Source of the DNA: an uncultured Candidatus Saccharibacteria bacterium
Lineage (GTDB): Bacteria > Patescibacteriota > Minisyncoccia > Phycocordibacterales > CAIZLB01
Direction: 5' to 3'
Assembly (NCBI GenBank): GCA_964620475.1
Contig: CAZUJN010000001.1
Coordinates: 4,651-68,650 of the forward strand
DNA: 64,000 bases
Below the pieces are notes generated by a model. It ran no database searches. It was not told the origin of the DNA and was given only the letters and a program-made list of their open reading frames with translations. Each line of letters starts with the position of its first letter. Position 1 is the stretch's first letter. Shown here piece after piece: positions 1-8,740 of the stretch. The position numbers and the translations under genes are program-made.

Positions 1-89
1 GGCTTTGTGATCTTCTTTTTCACAACTTTCTTTACAGGTTTTTTAATAGTCTTTTTGATAGTCTTTTTTACGGGTTTTTTCTTGGCCAT
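1..89 (-). CDS. Partial CDS (N-terminal 29 codons only), very lysine-rich basic protein (MAKKKPVKKTIKKTIKKPVKK...); continues beyond window start
   Basis: ATG at 87-89 on minus strand followed by open Lys-rich frame running off the window; not in ORF track because truncated. Function not assignable (histone-like/basic protein guess only). Confidence 0.3.
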   Translation of the reverse strand, partial: MAKKKPVKKTIKKTIKKPVKKVVKKKITK

Positions 90-121
90 AGTATAAATAT
101 AACATTTTTAAACAGAAAAAT

Positions 122-152
122 AAAAAACCCTATAATTAATAGGGTTTTTTAT
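122..152. terminator. Bidirectional rho-independent terminator hairpin (aaccctat-aatta-atagggtt flanked by A/T runs)
   Basis: Perfect 8-bp stem with T-run on both strands, immediately 3' of rplL (minus) stop. Confidence 0.6.
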
Positions 153-166
153 TGATGTTTGGAGTA

Positions 167-589
167 TTATTTTAATTCTACTGTACCACCTGCTTCTTCG
201 ATTTGTTTTTTCAAAGCCTCAGCATCTTCTTTTTTCATACCTGCTTTAACTGGTGCTGGTGCGCCATCAACCATATCTTTAGCTTCTTTTAGTCCAAGAC
301 CAAGAACCTCTTTGATAACTTTGATAACTGCTATTTTGTTAGCACCACCGTCTTTTAGAACAACATCAAATGATGTTTTTTCTTCGGCTCCGGCACCACC
401 TGCTGCTGGTGCAGCAACTGCTACTGCAGATGCTGATACACCAAATTTCTTTTCTAAGAATTTTACTAATTCATGTAGTTCTAGAACTGACATTTTCTCT
501 ATAGCATCAACAACTGTTTTGAATTGAGCTGGAGTTTCTATAACTTCCTCAACTGTTGTATCTACTGTGTTTGTTGTTTCTTCGTTCAT
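167..589 (-). CDS. rplL: 50S ribosomal protein L7/L12
   Basis: 140 aa; Ala/Gly-rich hinge ([16 protein letters not shown]) and C-terminal domain [16 protein letters not shown]...GGTVELK typical of L7/L12. Confidence 0.95.
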   Translation of the reverse strand: MNEETTNTVDTTVEEVIETPAQFKTVVDAIEKMSVLELHELVKFLEKKFGVSASAVAVAAPAAGGAGAEEKTSFDVVLKDGGANKIAVIKVIKEVLGLGLKEAKDMVDGAPAPVKAGMKKEDAEALKKQIEEAGGTVELK

Positions 590-632
590 AATTTTATTTT
601 TAAATTATTATTAATTAATGAGTTGAATGTAT

Positions 633-1121
633 TTAATTCTTCTTATCTGCAATTGCATTAAGAGCCAATACAAAGCGTTGTATAGGTGAATTGATAAGTT
701 GAACAAATTGAGCTTGTAATGTCTTGAAATCTGGGATAGAAGCGATTGACATCATTTCTTCTTTTGATTTGTATTCATTATCAAATATACCACCGATGAT
801 TGAAAGTTTATTTTTGAATTTCTTTGTAAAATCCAAAACTTCACGTGCTGGTGCTAATAAATCTGTTCCATATACAACAGCTACCTCACCATCAAGTGAT
901 GGTAATTCGCCATTTATACCTAGATCAGACAATGCTCTTTTGATCAATGTTTTCTTAGCAACTCTATAGCCTACGCCAAGTTTTCTAAGTGTGTTTCTAA
1001 CCTCACTTGTTTCAGTAACATTTAATCCATGAAAATTCACGAATACCAATGTTTTTGAATCCTTAGCTATATTTGCTATATCGCCTACAACTTCAACTTT
1101 TTTATTTTTTGAAATTGCCAT
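633..1121 (-). CDS. rplJ: 50S ribosomal protein L10
   Basis: 162 aa, directly upstream of rplL in conserved rplJ-rplL order; L10-like N-terminal region. Confidence 0.85.
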   Translation of the reverse strand: MAISKNKKVEVVGDIANIAKDSKTLVFVNFHGLNVTETSEVRNTLRKLGVGYRVAKKTLIKRALSDLGINGELPSLDGEVAVVYGTDLLAPAREVLDFTKKFKNKLSIIGGIFDNEYKSKEEMMSIASIPDFKTLQAQFVQLINSPIQRFVLALNAIADKKN

Positions 1122-1241
1122 ATATTGATTTATGTTAAGTTTCTTTTAATTAGGCCAAGCATCTGCATAGGGTTTATGGCTTCAACTCTCGTTTAGCGCC
1201 ACCTATGGTATCCGAGACCGTGACATTACATTAACATTAAT
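1122..1241 (-). promoter_or_regulatory. Candidate rplJ (L10) leader / 5'-UTR region, relatively GC-rich 120-nt intergenic segment
   Basis: Intergenic segment upstream of rplJ is noticeably more GC-rich (ggccaagcatctgcatagggtttatggcttcaactctcgtttagcgccacctatggtatccgagaccgtg) than surrounding AT-rich DNA, consistent with a structured autoregulatory leader; not verified by folding. Confidence 0.3.
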
Positions 1242-3536
1242 CTAAGATTTTAGCAATAAGGTATAAAGATATAAATACTCCCCTCTTATGTATGTATATT
1301 TTCTTTTTATCAACTCATTTTCTATAACGCTCTTTAAATAAGATTTGATTTTATTTAAATTTTCATTATTTTCTATTTTTCTAATATATCTATCTTTTAT
1401 AGGCCTACTTATACTTGATAATTTAATCTCAGTAATGATGTCTTTTTTGGTTGTTGTAGAATTTATATCATAGAATTTTACAGTCTTACCGGATTCTAAA
1501 AAAGTTAAATCTAGAGTCTTATCATTATTTAATGTAATAGACTCTGAAATATTTTTATATACCGGTATATTTTCATATTTATGAGACATACTTGGATTTG
1601 AATTATTTTCTATAAACTCAACATCTATCAATTCATCTTTATTTGAATCTAATTTAAGACTATTAATATTTTTAGAAAATAAATATATCTGATTATCTAA
1701 GACTTCAAACCTAGAATTATTATCTGTCGATGTTTTTATGAAATCACTATTATCAATTGATAAAAAATCATTATCAGTCTTAATGGAAATATTTAAATTT
1801 ATAGAATCATATATTATCTTTATAAGATTGCTATGTACAGCATTAATAATACTATTGTAATTAAGTCCATTAAATATTCTAATGTCTCTTTGTTTTAATA
1901 TGTTATTAATATTTGATATTACATCTGGACTATTCATCATATTGGCGTGCAGATAATCTGTATTATTTAAATCTATATATGTAGTTGTTCCAAACCTAAA
2001 ACCTTTCATGTCCTGAACCGTTCCATCACCTTCTTTATTATACAGAGGTATATATTTATCATCTTGTTTTTTAATATCATATACAGTATCAACCCCATAG
2101 CCAACTATTTGATAAATAGATAAGTTTTCTGGATATATAAGATTGTCTATCTTTTCATGAAAATCTCTAGCCTTATTAAGTAAATAAGTATTTAACTCCG
2201 GATAAAACCAAGAATTTATTTTTTTATAGGATAAATATTTATCTGATGGTAATAATATATACGCTGTATACATATTAACACCCAACTTTTTTGCTATTTC
2301 AGATTTTAAAATAAGACCAGAAAGAATAGATTGACTATGTCCATACATCAATGATGTTATAGCTTGCGGTGTTCCATACTCAGGCATTGCAACAAAAATG
2401 ATGTTATCTATCATATATGATAGATTTTGTCTTTTTAACTCTGTAATAATATGTTTTGCTATTAAACCTCCGTTACTATGTGTGATTATAGTCACCTTTC
2501 CCGTTTTAGATGTTTTCGATAAAGATATTATCTGATCCACGAGATTTAACTCATCGGTTAATCTCCAATCATAAGGTATAATTTTATAGTCATTTATATA
2601 ATGATTAGTCTTTAATCTGTTTAAATAATCAATAAATTCTTTATGAAGACTTTTATCTATATATGGTATAGATAAAAAAATATTGGTTATATCTATAATA
2701 TCTTTGGTGTAAATATTATATAAACTATTTCCAAAATTATCTAAAAATAATTTTTTAACATCGGCATTTCTATTTGGTTCCCAAAGTTGATTATTATCTA
2801 AATAAAGCCTACTAGACATAATACCTGGTATAAACATGATATTCGAACAACAACTTTTATCTAATATGTTTGAGCTTGAAGAAAATGAATTTATTTTAAA
2901 ATTACCAGAGATTTTATTTATACCTTGGAAATAATTATTCTCAGCATTTGTCTTCATTGAATTTGAATTTATTGCAACTTCATTATATTCAAAATCATTG
3001 TAATTTATCTCTGCAAGTTTGGATGAATTAATATTTACAGCAGTATCATTATTTTTAAAAAAATTATTCTTTAAATAAATGTTTCGGGTACCAAAAAAAT
3101 ATAAAGCATCTTTGTAACCCTCTATTTGAGATGAGGACATAAAAAAATTTGTACCAGAATTTACAAAGAAAAACATATTCGAATTGTTATCTACACTTTT
3201 CAGATTTTCTATATCGACATCACTCATAGATGTAGATATATAATGATCAAGATCAAATTCTGCATGACGAATAGTCAAGGTTGATCTTTCTATATTTATC
3301 ATCTTATTCTGAACTCTATTATATGTACCATGTAACACCGAATTGTTTATTTTTAAACTTCCATTATAAATATTTAAACAACCATTATCAAAAACCACCT
3401 CAGTATTATTTATGGTTAAATTATCACCGTTTAGATTTATACATTCTTTAATTATTTGTTTTTGATCCCAAATAATATTTTTTGAATATACTGGTATGTG
3501 AAATATTATAAAAAATAATAATAAAAACTTTTTCAT
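1242..3536 (-). CDS. Secreted protein: signal peptide + N-terminal parallel beta-helix (Asn-rich PbH1-like repeats) + C-terminal alpha/beta-hydrolase lipase-like domain (ITHSNGG nucleophile-elbow motif, LCAT/PGAP1-like)
   Basis: 764 aa; MKKFLLLFFIIFHIPVYS signal; repeated N-x-N/F strands; GxSxG-type motif THSNGG with downstream Asp/His candidates. Confidence 0.55.
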   Translation of the reverse strand: MKKFLLLFFIIFHIPVYSKNIIWDQKQIIKECINLNGDNLTINNTEVVFDNGCLNIYNGSLKINNSVLHGTYNRVQNKMINIERSTLTIRHAEFDLDHYISTSMSDVDIENLKSVDNNSNMFFFVNSGTNFFMSSSQIEGYKDALYFFGTRNIYLKNNFFKNNDTAVNINSSKLAEINYNDFEYNEVAINSNSMKTNAENNYFQGINKISGNFKINSFSSSSNILDKSCCSNIMFIPGIMSSRLYLDNNQLWEPNRNADVKKLFLDNFGNSLYNIYTKDIIDITNIFLSIPYIDKSLHKEFIDYLNRLKTNHYINDYKIIPYDWRLTDELNLVDQIISLSKTSKTGKVTIITHSNGGLIAKHIITELKRQNLSYMIDNIIFVAMPEYGTPQAITSLMYGHSQSILSGLILKSEIAKKLGVNMYTAYILLPSDKYLSYKKINSWFYPELNTYLLNKARDFHEKIDNLIYPENLSIYQIVGYGVDTVYDIKKQDDKYIPLYNKEGDGTVQDMKGFRFGTTTYIDLNNTDYLHANMMNSPDVISNINNILKQRDIRIFNGLNYNSIINAVHSNLIKIIYDSINLNISIKTDNDFLSIDNSDFIKTSTDNNSRFEVLDNQIYLFSKNINSLKLDSNKDELIDVEFIENNSNPSMSHKYENIPVYKNISESITLNNDKTLDLTFLESGKTVKFYDINSTTTKKDIITEIKLSSISRPIKDRYIRKIENNENLNKIKSYLKSVIENELIKRKYTYIRGEYLYLYTLLLKS

Positions 3537-3595
3537 GAATAAATATTTTACTCATGATATGTAAAATAAATCAGAAGAAATTATAAAAAACAAAA

Positions 3596-3640
3596 ACCCA
3601 TCATTAAGTTATAATGATTAGGGTTTTTGAGGATTGTGAA
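3596..3640 (-). terminator. Probable terminator hairpin downstream of pilin gene
   Basis: Imperfect hairpin ccc-atcatt...aatgat-ggg flanked by T-runs on the minus-strand transcript. Confidence 0.4.
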
Positions 3641-3651
3641 GTTAATTTATA

Positions 3652-4092
3652 CTAAAATCCACAAGTTGATCCACTTATAGCAGAAGATGTTGCCGCAGCA
3701 GCACCTGTTGAATCAACACAGAAGTTAGATTTACCGCCAATAGCATTCTTCAAAACAGCTGAAACAGCCCATGATGATGAAGCGGTAGCATAACAAGTAA
3801 CTGTAGTTTTTGATTGAGCTGATGTAATTAGAGGCTTAAGACCACCTGTACCAGAGTTATTGAATATACCCGCTGAACACGCTGTGGCTGTAGCACCATA
3901 ATCATTGTTCAATGAATAATATAACTCAGCCTGTGCTCTCATATTTGATAGGGTTGACTGTATAGCCGCATCTTCACCCTTACTTCTTGCTGAAGATAGT
4001 GAGGCTAACACTATACTTGAAAGTATACCGATGATAGCGATCACCACCAATAGCTCGATAAGTGTAAATCCTTTTTTGTAATTTTTCTTCAT
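3652..4092 (-). CDS. Type IV pilin / pseudopilin (prepilin-type N-terminal cleavage-methylation domain)
   Basis: N-terminus MKKNYKKG|FTLIELLVVIAIIGIL is the canonical class III signal (G-1, F+1, E+5) followed by hydrophobic helix; 146 aa, C-terminal Cys pair. Confidence 0.9.
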   Translation of the reverse strand: MKKNYKKGFTLIELLVVIAIIGILSSIVLASLSSARSKGEDAAIQSTLSNMRAQAELYYSLNNDYGATATACSAGIFNNSGTGGLKPLITSAQSKTTVTCYATASSSWAVSAVLKNAIGGKSNFCVDSTGAAAATSSAISGSTCGF

Positions 4093-4232
4093 ATTGTTGA
4101 AATTTAAATTTAAATTTTTAATTAGTTAAACAAATTAGCTAATATTGTCTTTTATTAATTTGTTAAAATAAAAGATACATATATTATACCCTATATAATT
4201 TTTTTGTGCAACTTTTTGTGTGTATAAATACT

Positions 4233-4973
4233 TTAGAACTCTTTACTTCTGACAATACTCATGGCAAAGCCACCTAATTCTCTTGCTAACACTCTCATAT
4301 ATGTACCGCTTTTACATTTAACCTTCAGATTCAAAATCAAAAAATTATCTTCATGAAGATTAAAAAAATTACTCCACGAATTTTTTATCTCATCTAATCT
4401 AAAATCACCATCCATCTCACAAGAATTTAATTTATCAAAAATTTTCTCTTTTATATTTTTATTTTCAATACTCAATAGCTCTATATCATATATATAACCG
4501 TTCTGTTTTTTATTCTCAAAATTATCACCCTCTAAAACTTTTTTAATATTAGGAGATGAATATTTTGGATAATCATATTCAAAAGGACCGACAAATTTAT
4601 CTAGAACACTTTTATCAAAAGTATCGACTTTTTTATAATCCTCTATTAAACCTAAAACATCATCTGTGTCTGTATTTACACCTAATACAAACTCTACCTG
4701 ATATTCTTTATCTAGATTCATTAAAACCTCTTTCTCTTTCATATCACCACTCCATAATAGATGTATATACCCTTCTGCCATAGGATCAAGCCTACCTGCA
4801 AATGTTATCTTGCTGGCAGATTCATTATCTAAGTATTGTTTAATTTCTTTCAAAACCTGAAGTGGGGTGAATCCAAGTCTCTTATATATCAAAATACAGG
4901 TTTCTGTAATAAACCTGTATTCTGTGTAAGTATGACCCGTCTCGGGTATATGATTATTTTGAAGCTTCTTCAA
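4233..4973 (-). CDS. truB: tRNA pseudouridine(55) synthase TruB-like
   Basis: GRLDPMAEG catalytic-Asp motif (cf. GTLDPLA), KRLGFTPLQVLKEIKQ N-terminal motif; start codon uncertain (possible later start). Confidence 0.7.
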   Translation of the reverse strand: MKKLQNNHIPETGHTYTEYRFITETCILIYKRLGFTPLQVLKEIKQYLDNESASKITFAGRLDPMAEGYIHLLWSGDMKEKEVLMNLDKEYQVEFVLGVNTDTDDVLGLIEDYKKVDTFDKSVLDKFVGPFEYDYPKYSSPNIKKVLEGDNFENKKQNGYIYDIELLSIENKNIKEKIFDKLNSCEMDGDFRLDEIKNSWSNFFNLHEDNFLILNLKVKCKSGTYMRVLARELGGFAMSIVRSKEF

Positions 4974-5400
4974 TCTCTTTTACAGCCTCCATATCTATAT
5001 CTTCTGGAGTATTATCTAATAAATCATTATCTGGAGCAGCTTTGTCAGGTCTAACCATTTGCATTTTTAGACGTTTGTTAATCTCTTTAACAGCTTTGTC
5101 TCTTATATAATATAGTTTTGCTCTTCTAACTTTTGATCTCTTTACAAGCTCTATCTTGTCTACAAGTGGTGAGTATAGTGGAAATATTCTTTCTACACCG
5201 TAACCATTTGCTGATTTTCTAACTGTTAAAGTAGCACCTGCCTCTGTTCCGTGTTTACGTGCAAGTATCATACCTTCAAAAACCTGTAATCTTGTCTTTC
5301 CTTTTTCTTGAATCTTTTGATGAACTCTTACAGTATCACCTGTTCTTAGATCAAGGTTTTTTCTTGAATTTTTGTCTACTGTCGATAATGTTATAGCCAT
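4954..5400 (-). CDS. rplS: 50S ribosomal protein L19 (with C-terminal acidic extension)
   Basis: VDKNSRKNLDLRTGDTVRVHQKIQEKGKTRLQVFEGMILARKHGTEAGATLTVRK is the L19 signature region. Confidence 0.9.
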   Translation of the reverse strand: MAITLSTVDKNSRKNLDLRTGDTVRVHQKIQEKGKTRLQVFEGMILARKHGTEAGATLTVRKSANGYGVERIFPLYSPLVDKIELVKRSKVRRAKLYYIRDKAVKEINKRLKMQMVRPDKAAPDNDLLDNTPEDIDMEAVKEIEEASK

Positions 5401-5413
5401 AATAGACTAATTA

Positions 5414-6136
5414 TTAACATATTTGTATTATTAAATCAAGTATATCTTGCCTTATATTAGACTCAAATTCTCTAGTTTTGCCATGTATATCGGTGAATAC
5501 TATCTTAAAAGCATGTAAAGCTTGATATTTAAGGTTAAAATCAGGATTATTGGGCATATAAAGCTTATCAGCCACTATACCATGATGTATATGCTTCATA
5601 TGAACCCTGATCTGATGTGTACGGCCTGTTTTTGGAAATACACTTATATATGACAACTTCTCTTTCTGAACAGATCCTTGATTTAATACTTCATAATATG
5701 TCTCAGCCGAGCGCAATTCACCCCTTGCATGCCTACCACAAACATATTTTCTAAAATCACTTTTACTCCTGCCTATAGGGTCTTTTATATAACCTTTATC
5801 AATTTTAAAATGACCATAAACTATAGCCCTATATTCTTTTTGAACTTCATGATTTTGAAATTGTGTTTTTAAAATATCATAAAATTTTTGAGTACGCGCA
5901 ACAATCATCACTCCCGATGTATCAGCATCAAGCCTATGTATTATCCCAGACCTCTCATATCTATCATCTTGCTCCCCTATTCCTTTTATATCAGGATAAA
6001 TATTCATAATCTGTGCAGCCACAGAATCTTTGTTATTATCTTTACCATCATTATGTGTAATCAAACCAGCTGGTTTATTTATGATAATAAAATCTTTGTC
6101 TTCATGTATTATATCTATCTTTGGAGTTTTTTCCAT
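5414..6136 (-). CDS. RluA-family 23S rRNA/tRNA pseudouridine synthase
   Basis: HRLDADTSGVMIVA catalytic motif, 240 aa. Confidence 0.85.
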   Translation of the reverse strand: MEKTPKIDIIHEDKDFIIINKPAGLITHNDGKDNNKDSVAAQIMNIYPDIKGIGEQDDRYERSGIIHRLDADTSGVMIVARTQKFYDILKTQFQNHEVQKEYRAIVYGHFKIDKGYIKDPIGRSKSDFRKYVCGRHARGELRSAETYYEVLNQGSVQKEKLSYISVFPKTGRTHQIRVHMKHIHHGIVADKLYMPNNPDFNLKYQALHAFKIVFTDIHGKTREFESNIRQDILDLIIQIC

Positions 6137-6157
6137 AAATTGATATTAACATATAAA

Positions 6158-6186
6158 ACAAAAACAGGCAGTTGCCTGTTTTTATA
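6158..6186 (-). terminator. Rho-independent terminator downstream of RNR gene (aaaaacaggcagttgcctgttttta)
   Basis: GC stem caggca/tgcctg with T-run on minus-strand transcript. Confidence 0.55.
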
Positions 6187-6195
6187 TTTTCTAAA

Positions 6196-8469
6196 CTATA
6201 TCTCACACATACCACCCGCACATGCCAACTCTTTCTTAACTTCTGTTTCATCTGATTTTTCATAAGTCATAATCTTTGAGAAATCTAGGTCACCCATTTG
6301 TTTTTTCATTTCATCATATCTTTGTTTATCAATCTCTTCATATGGAGCAAGTTTGTAAACGTGATTTGATCTTGGCAAAAATGATAGACCACCAACCAAA
6401 TCCCAGTTTTCAAATACCCAGTTAGCAACACCAATCCATTCATCCTCACCTACTGATATTGTTACTGATGGATTATGCTCTGTAAAATGTTTCTTAACTT
6501 TCTTCCAATGTTCTAATTGATCTATAGCTGTTAAATCTTTATTACAGATAGCACCGTTTGGTGATTTTACAGGGAATTCTAGAACTACTGTTGTTGCATT
6601 TTCATATGTTTGACCAACTTCTGGATAATAAGGAACCCCTTGATCTTTCAACATACGGAATAATGAGTCATTGGCTGAGATTCTAATTCTTCTTATATAA
6701 TAAGGAGCATAACGAGTATGCATGCCTGATGCACAATCCACTGTTTGCGATACTGTACCTGATGGTTTTACACAAGTAACACATGTAGATGCATTTACTC
6801 CAAACTTTTTAGCATATTTTTTATTAACCTCTATAGCATAATCTCTTAGTCTCTCTAGAACTTTTTCATCACGAGCAACTTTTGAATCCCATTGACCTGT
6901 TATTGATACACCCAAGAGTCTCTCTTGTTCACAGTTTTTCTTCCACTCTTTTGAAAGATATGGGAAATATGTAAGTGTTGATTGATATGTACCAAGTATT
7001 GCTGCAACTTTTATTTTCTTCATCAATGTCTCTTCTGTATCTTCTGCACGAGCTACAACTTCTGATAGGTTACAGAATTGTTTTGATTGTAGGATAATCT
7101 CTCCACAAGGATTTGTTCCCCATTGAGGATATATGCCGCCCTTGAATTGATCTAATCTTCTCTTTGGCAATGTTTTAGCTAAACCACCTCTATTGAATAT
7201 TCCTCTTTCACCTGACCCACTTTTTACAAGAGCAACCCATTCATCCATAAATTCTGTGACAGATGGTTTTTCATGATACACAGCTGAGTTATTGGCGAGC
7301 ATTCTTTGTGCCTCATTTATATAGAATGCACCTTTCTTAGAATCACGTATAGCTTCGTCATTTAGATCCGACAAAGATATCATGGCTGAACGTCTAACAC
7401 CTCCCGCAACAACACATTCACCTATCTTACATATAATGTCATGGGCATCTAGGTTTGTAAGATGTTTACCTTGTTTTGAAAGAATCTTTTCTCTTGTAAA
7501 TGTAAGAAGTGATATAAGTGGTTCTGGACCTGAAGCTTTACCACCCATAGTTTTTAGACGGGATCCTGCTGGACGTATAAGTGAATAATCAAAATCTATA
7601 TCACCTCCCTCAAACCAAGTCTTCATACCAAGTGACAATGCATCTGCCCAACCTTCTTTACTATCAGGCACAACATGTTTTGTTGGTTTTTTACCTGTTT
7701 GCTTTTGTATTTGAGGTAAAGCTTGTATATTTTCACTTTCTACAGCCCAACCCACACCGGTACCACACATAGATATGTACATGATCTCAGCAAAATCTTG
7801 GAAATTTTTAGGGGCTATAAATGAACAGTTATAGGCACATACATTTGTTTTCCTAGCTGCAGGACCCGCAAATTGTAGAAGTCTCATAGAAGGCATAGCT
7901 TCTTGTTTTAATATAGACTCTTTTATCTCATTATATTCAGCGTTTGTTAATTTTCCATTAACATTGTCTTTCATAAAATCAATATATCTTTCCACTGTCT
8001 CTATCCATGTCTCGCGACGACCTTCTTCTGGTATCCATTTTGCATAAGTACGATAATACACGAACTCAGCTAAAGAGTTTCTAAAGTATTGCTTTGACTC
8101 TTTAACCAACTCTTTCAACTCACGTGACACAGAACCAACAACTTGTCTAACCTTGGCTCTCTCATTTCTATACAATATGTATGATTTAGCTGTTTTAATA
8201 AAACCAGCTTTTATAAGCTCACTCTCGACAACATCTTGTATCATCTCCACTGTAGGTATAAAAACCTTTGATTTTCCAAGGTCTTTTATAGAAATAAGGG
8301 CGTCTACTACACCATGCATAACCTGCTCAGCTTCCTTATCAGCACCCTCACCTGTTTGTTGTAAAGCTCTAAAAACAGCTCTGATAATTCTTTTTTCATC
8401 AAAAGGTACAAGTGTACCGTCTCTTTTTTTGATTTGCTGCAATGATGCATATTTCTTATTTTTTGACAT
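6196..8469 (-). CDS. nrdJ: Ribonucleoside-diphosphate/triphosphate reductase, class II (adenosylcobalamin-dependent) with N-terminal ATP-cone
   Basis: 757 aa; ATP-cone at N-terminus (VPFDEKRIIRAVFRA), active-site NPCGEI motif characteristic of class II RNR (class I has SNLCxEI). Confidence 0.85.
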   Translation of the reverse strand: MSKNKKYASLQQIKKRDGTLVPFDEKRIIRAVFRALQQTGEGADKEAEQVMHGVVDALISIKDLGKSKVFIPTVEMIQDVVESELIKAGFIKTAKSYILYRNERAKVRQVVGSVSRELKELVKESKQYFRNSLAEFVYYRTYAKWIPEEGRRETWIETVERYIDFMKDNVNGKLTNAEYNEIKESILKQEAMPSMRLLQFAGPAARKTNVCAYNCSFIAPKNFQDFAEIMYISMCGTGVGWAVESENIQALPQIQKQTGKKPTKHVVPDSKEGWADALSLGMKTWFEGGDIDFDYSLIRPAGSRLKTMGGKASGPEPLISLLTFTREKILSKQGKHLTNLDAHDIICKIGECVVAGGVRRSAMISLSDLNDEAIRDSKKGAFYINEAQRMLANNSAVYHEKPSVTEFMDEWVALVKSGSGERGIFNRGGLAKTLPKRRLDQFKGGIYPQWGTNPCGEIILQSKQFCNLSEVVARAEDTEETLMKKIKVAAILGTYQSTLTYFPYLSKEWKKNCEQERLLGVSITGQWDSKVARDEKVLERLRDYAIEVNKKYAKKFGVNASTCVTCVKPSGTVSQTVDCASGMHTRYAPYYIRRIRISANDSLFRMLKDQGVPYYPEVGQTYENATTVVLEFPVKSPNGAICNKDLTAIDQLEHWKKVKKHFTEHNPSVTISVGEDEWIGVANWVFENWDLVGGLSFLPRSNHVYKLAPYEEIDKQRYDEMKKQMGDLDFSKIMTYEKSDETEVKKELACAGGMCEI

Positions 8470-8513
8470 GTTGTTTCTGTTTTGTTTATTTGTGTATTAA
8501 TTTATAATTTCTT

Positions 8514-8539
8514 GATAAAAATTTTATAAAATTTTTATC
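8514..8539. promoter_or_regulatory. Perfect 26-bp palindrome GATAAAAATTTTA|TAAAATTTTTATC about 45 bp upstream of nrdJ start; candidate operator
   Basis: Read directly: the two 13-nt halves are exact reverse complements. Confidence 0.3.
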
Positions 8540-8740
8540 TATTGAGGTTTAATAAGTATACAAATTAAAAATAAGATGAGGCAATTTTTGCGATAGGCAG
8601 ACCATAATTTTAGAACTTGTAAATTTTAATTCTAAATTAGCTTTTTATTTTAATAAATTTTAAAAGTAAAGATGTAAAAAAATTTACAAAACGAAAAATC
8701 ATTTTCACAAAGCATGTATGATGAAAAAATTTTTATCTCA

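Noticed and set aside
159-527. Plus-strand 122-aa ORF antisense to rplL, and similar antisense ORFs (724..969, 7382..7588, 8153..8500, 9288..9692, 23788..24231, 54549..55073, 57747..58250, 63356..63697 and others)
   Set aside because: Each lies entirely within a well-supported gene on the opposite strand and has low-complexity composition; shadow ORFs typical of AT-rich DNA.
8470-8740. Cobalamin riboswitch upstream of the class II RNR
   Set aside because: No B12-box-like conserved core (GCCACTG) or GC-rich structured segment seen; the region is nearly pure AT.
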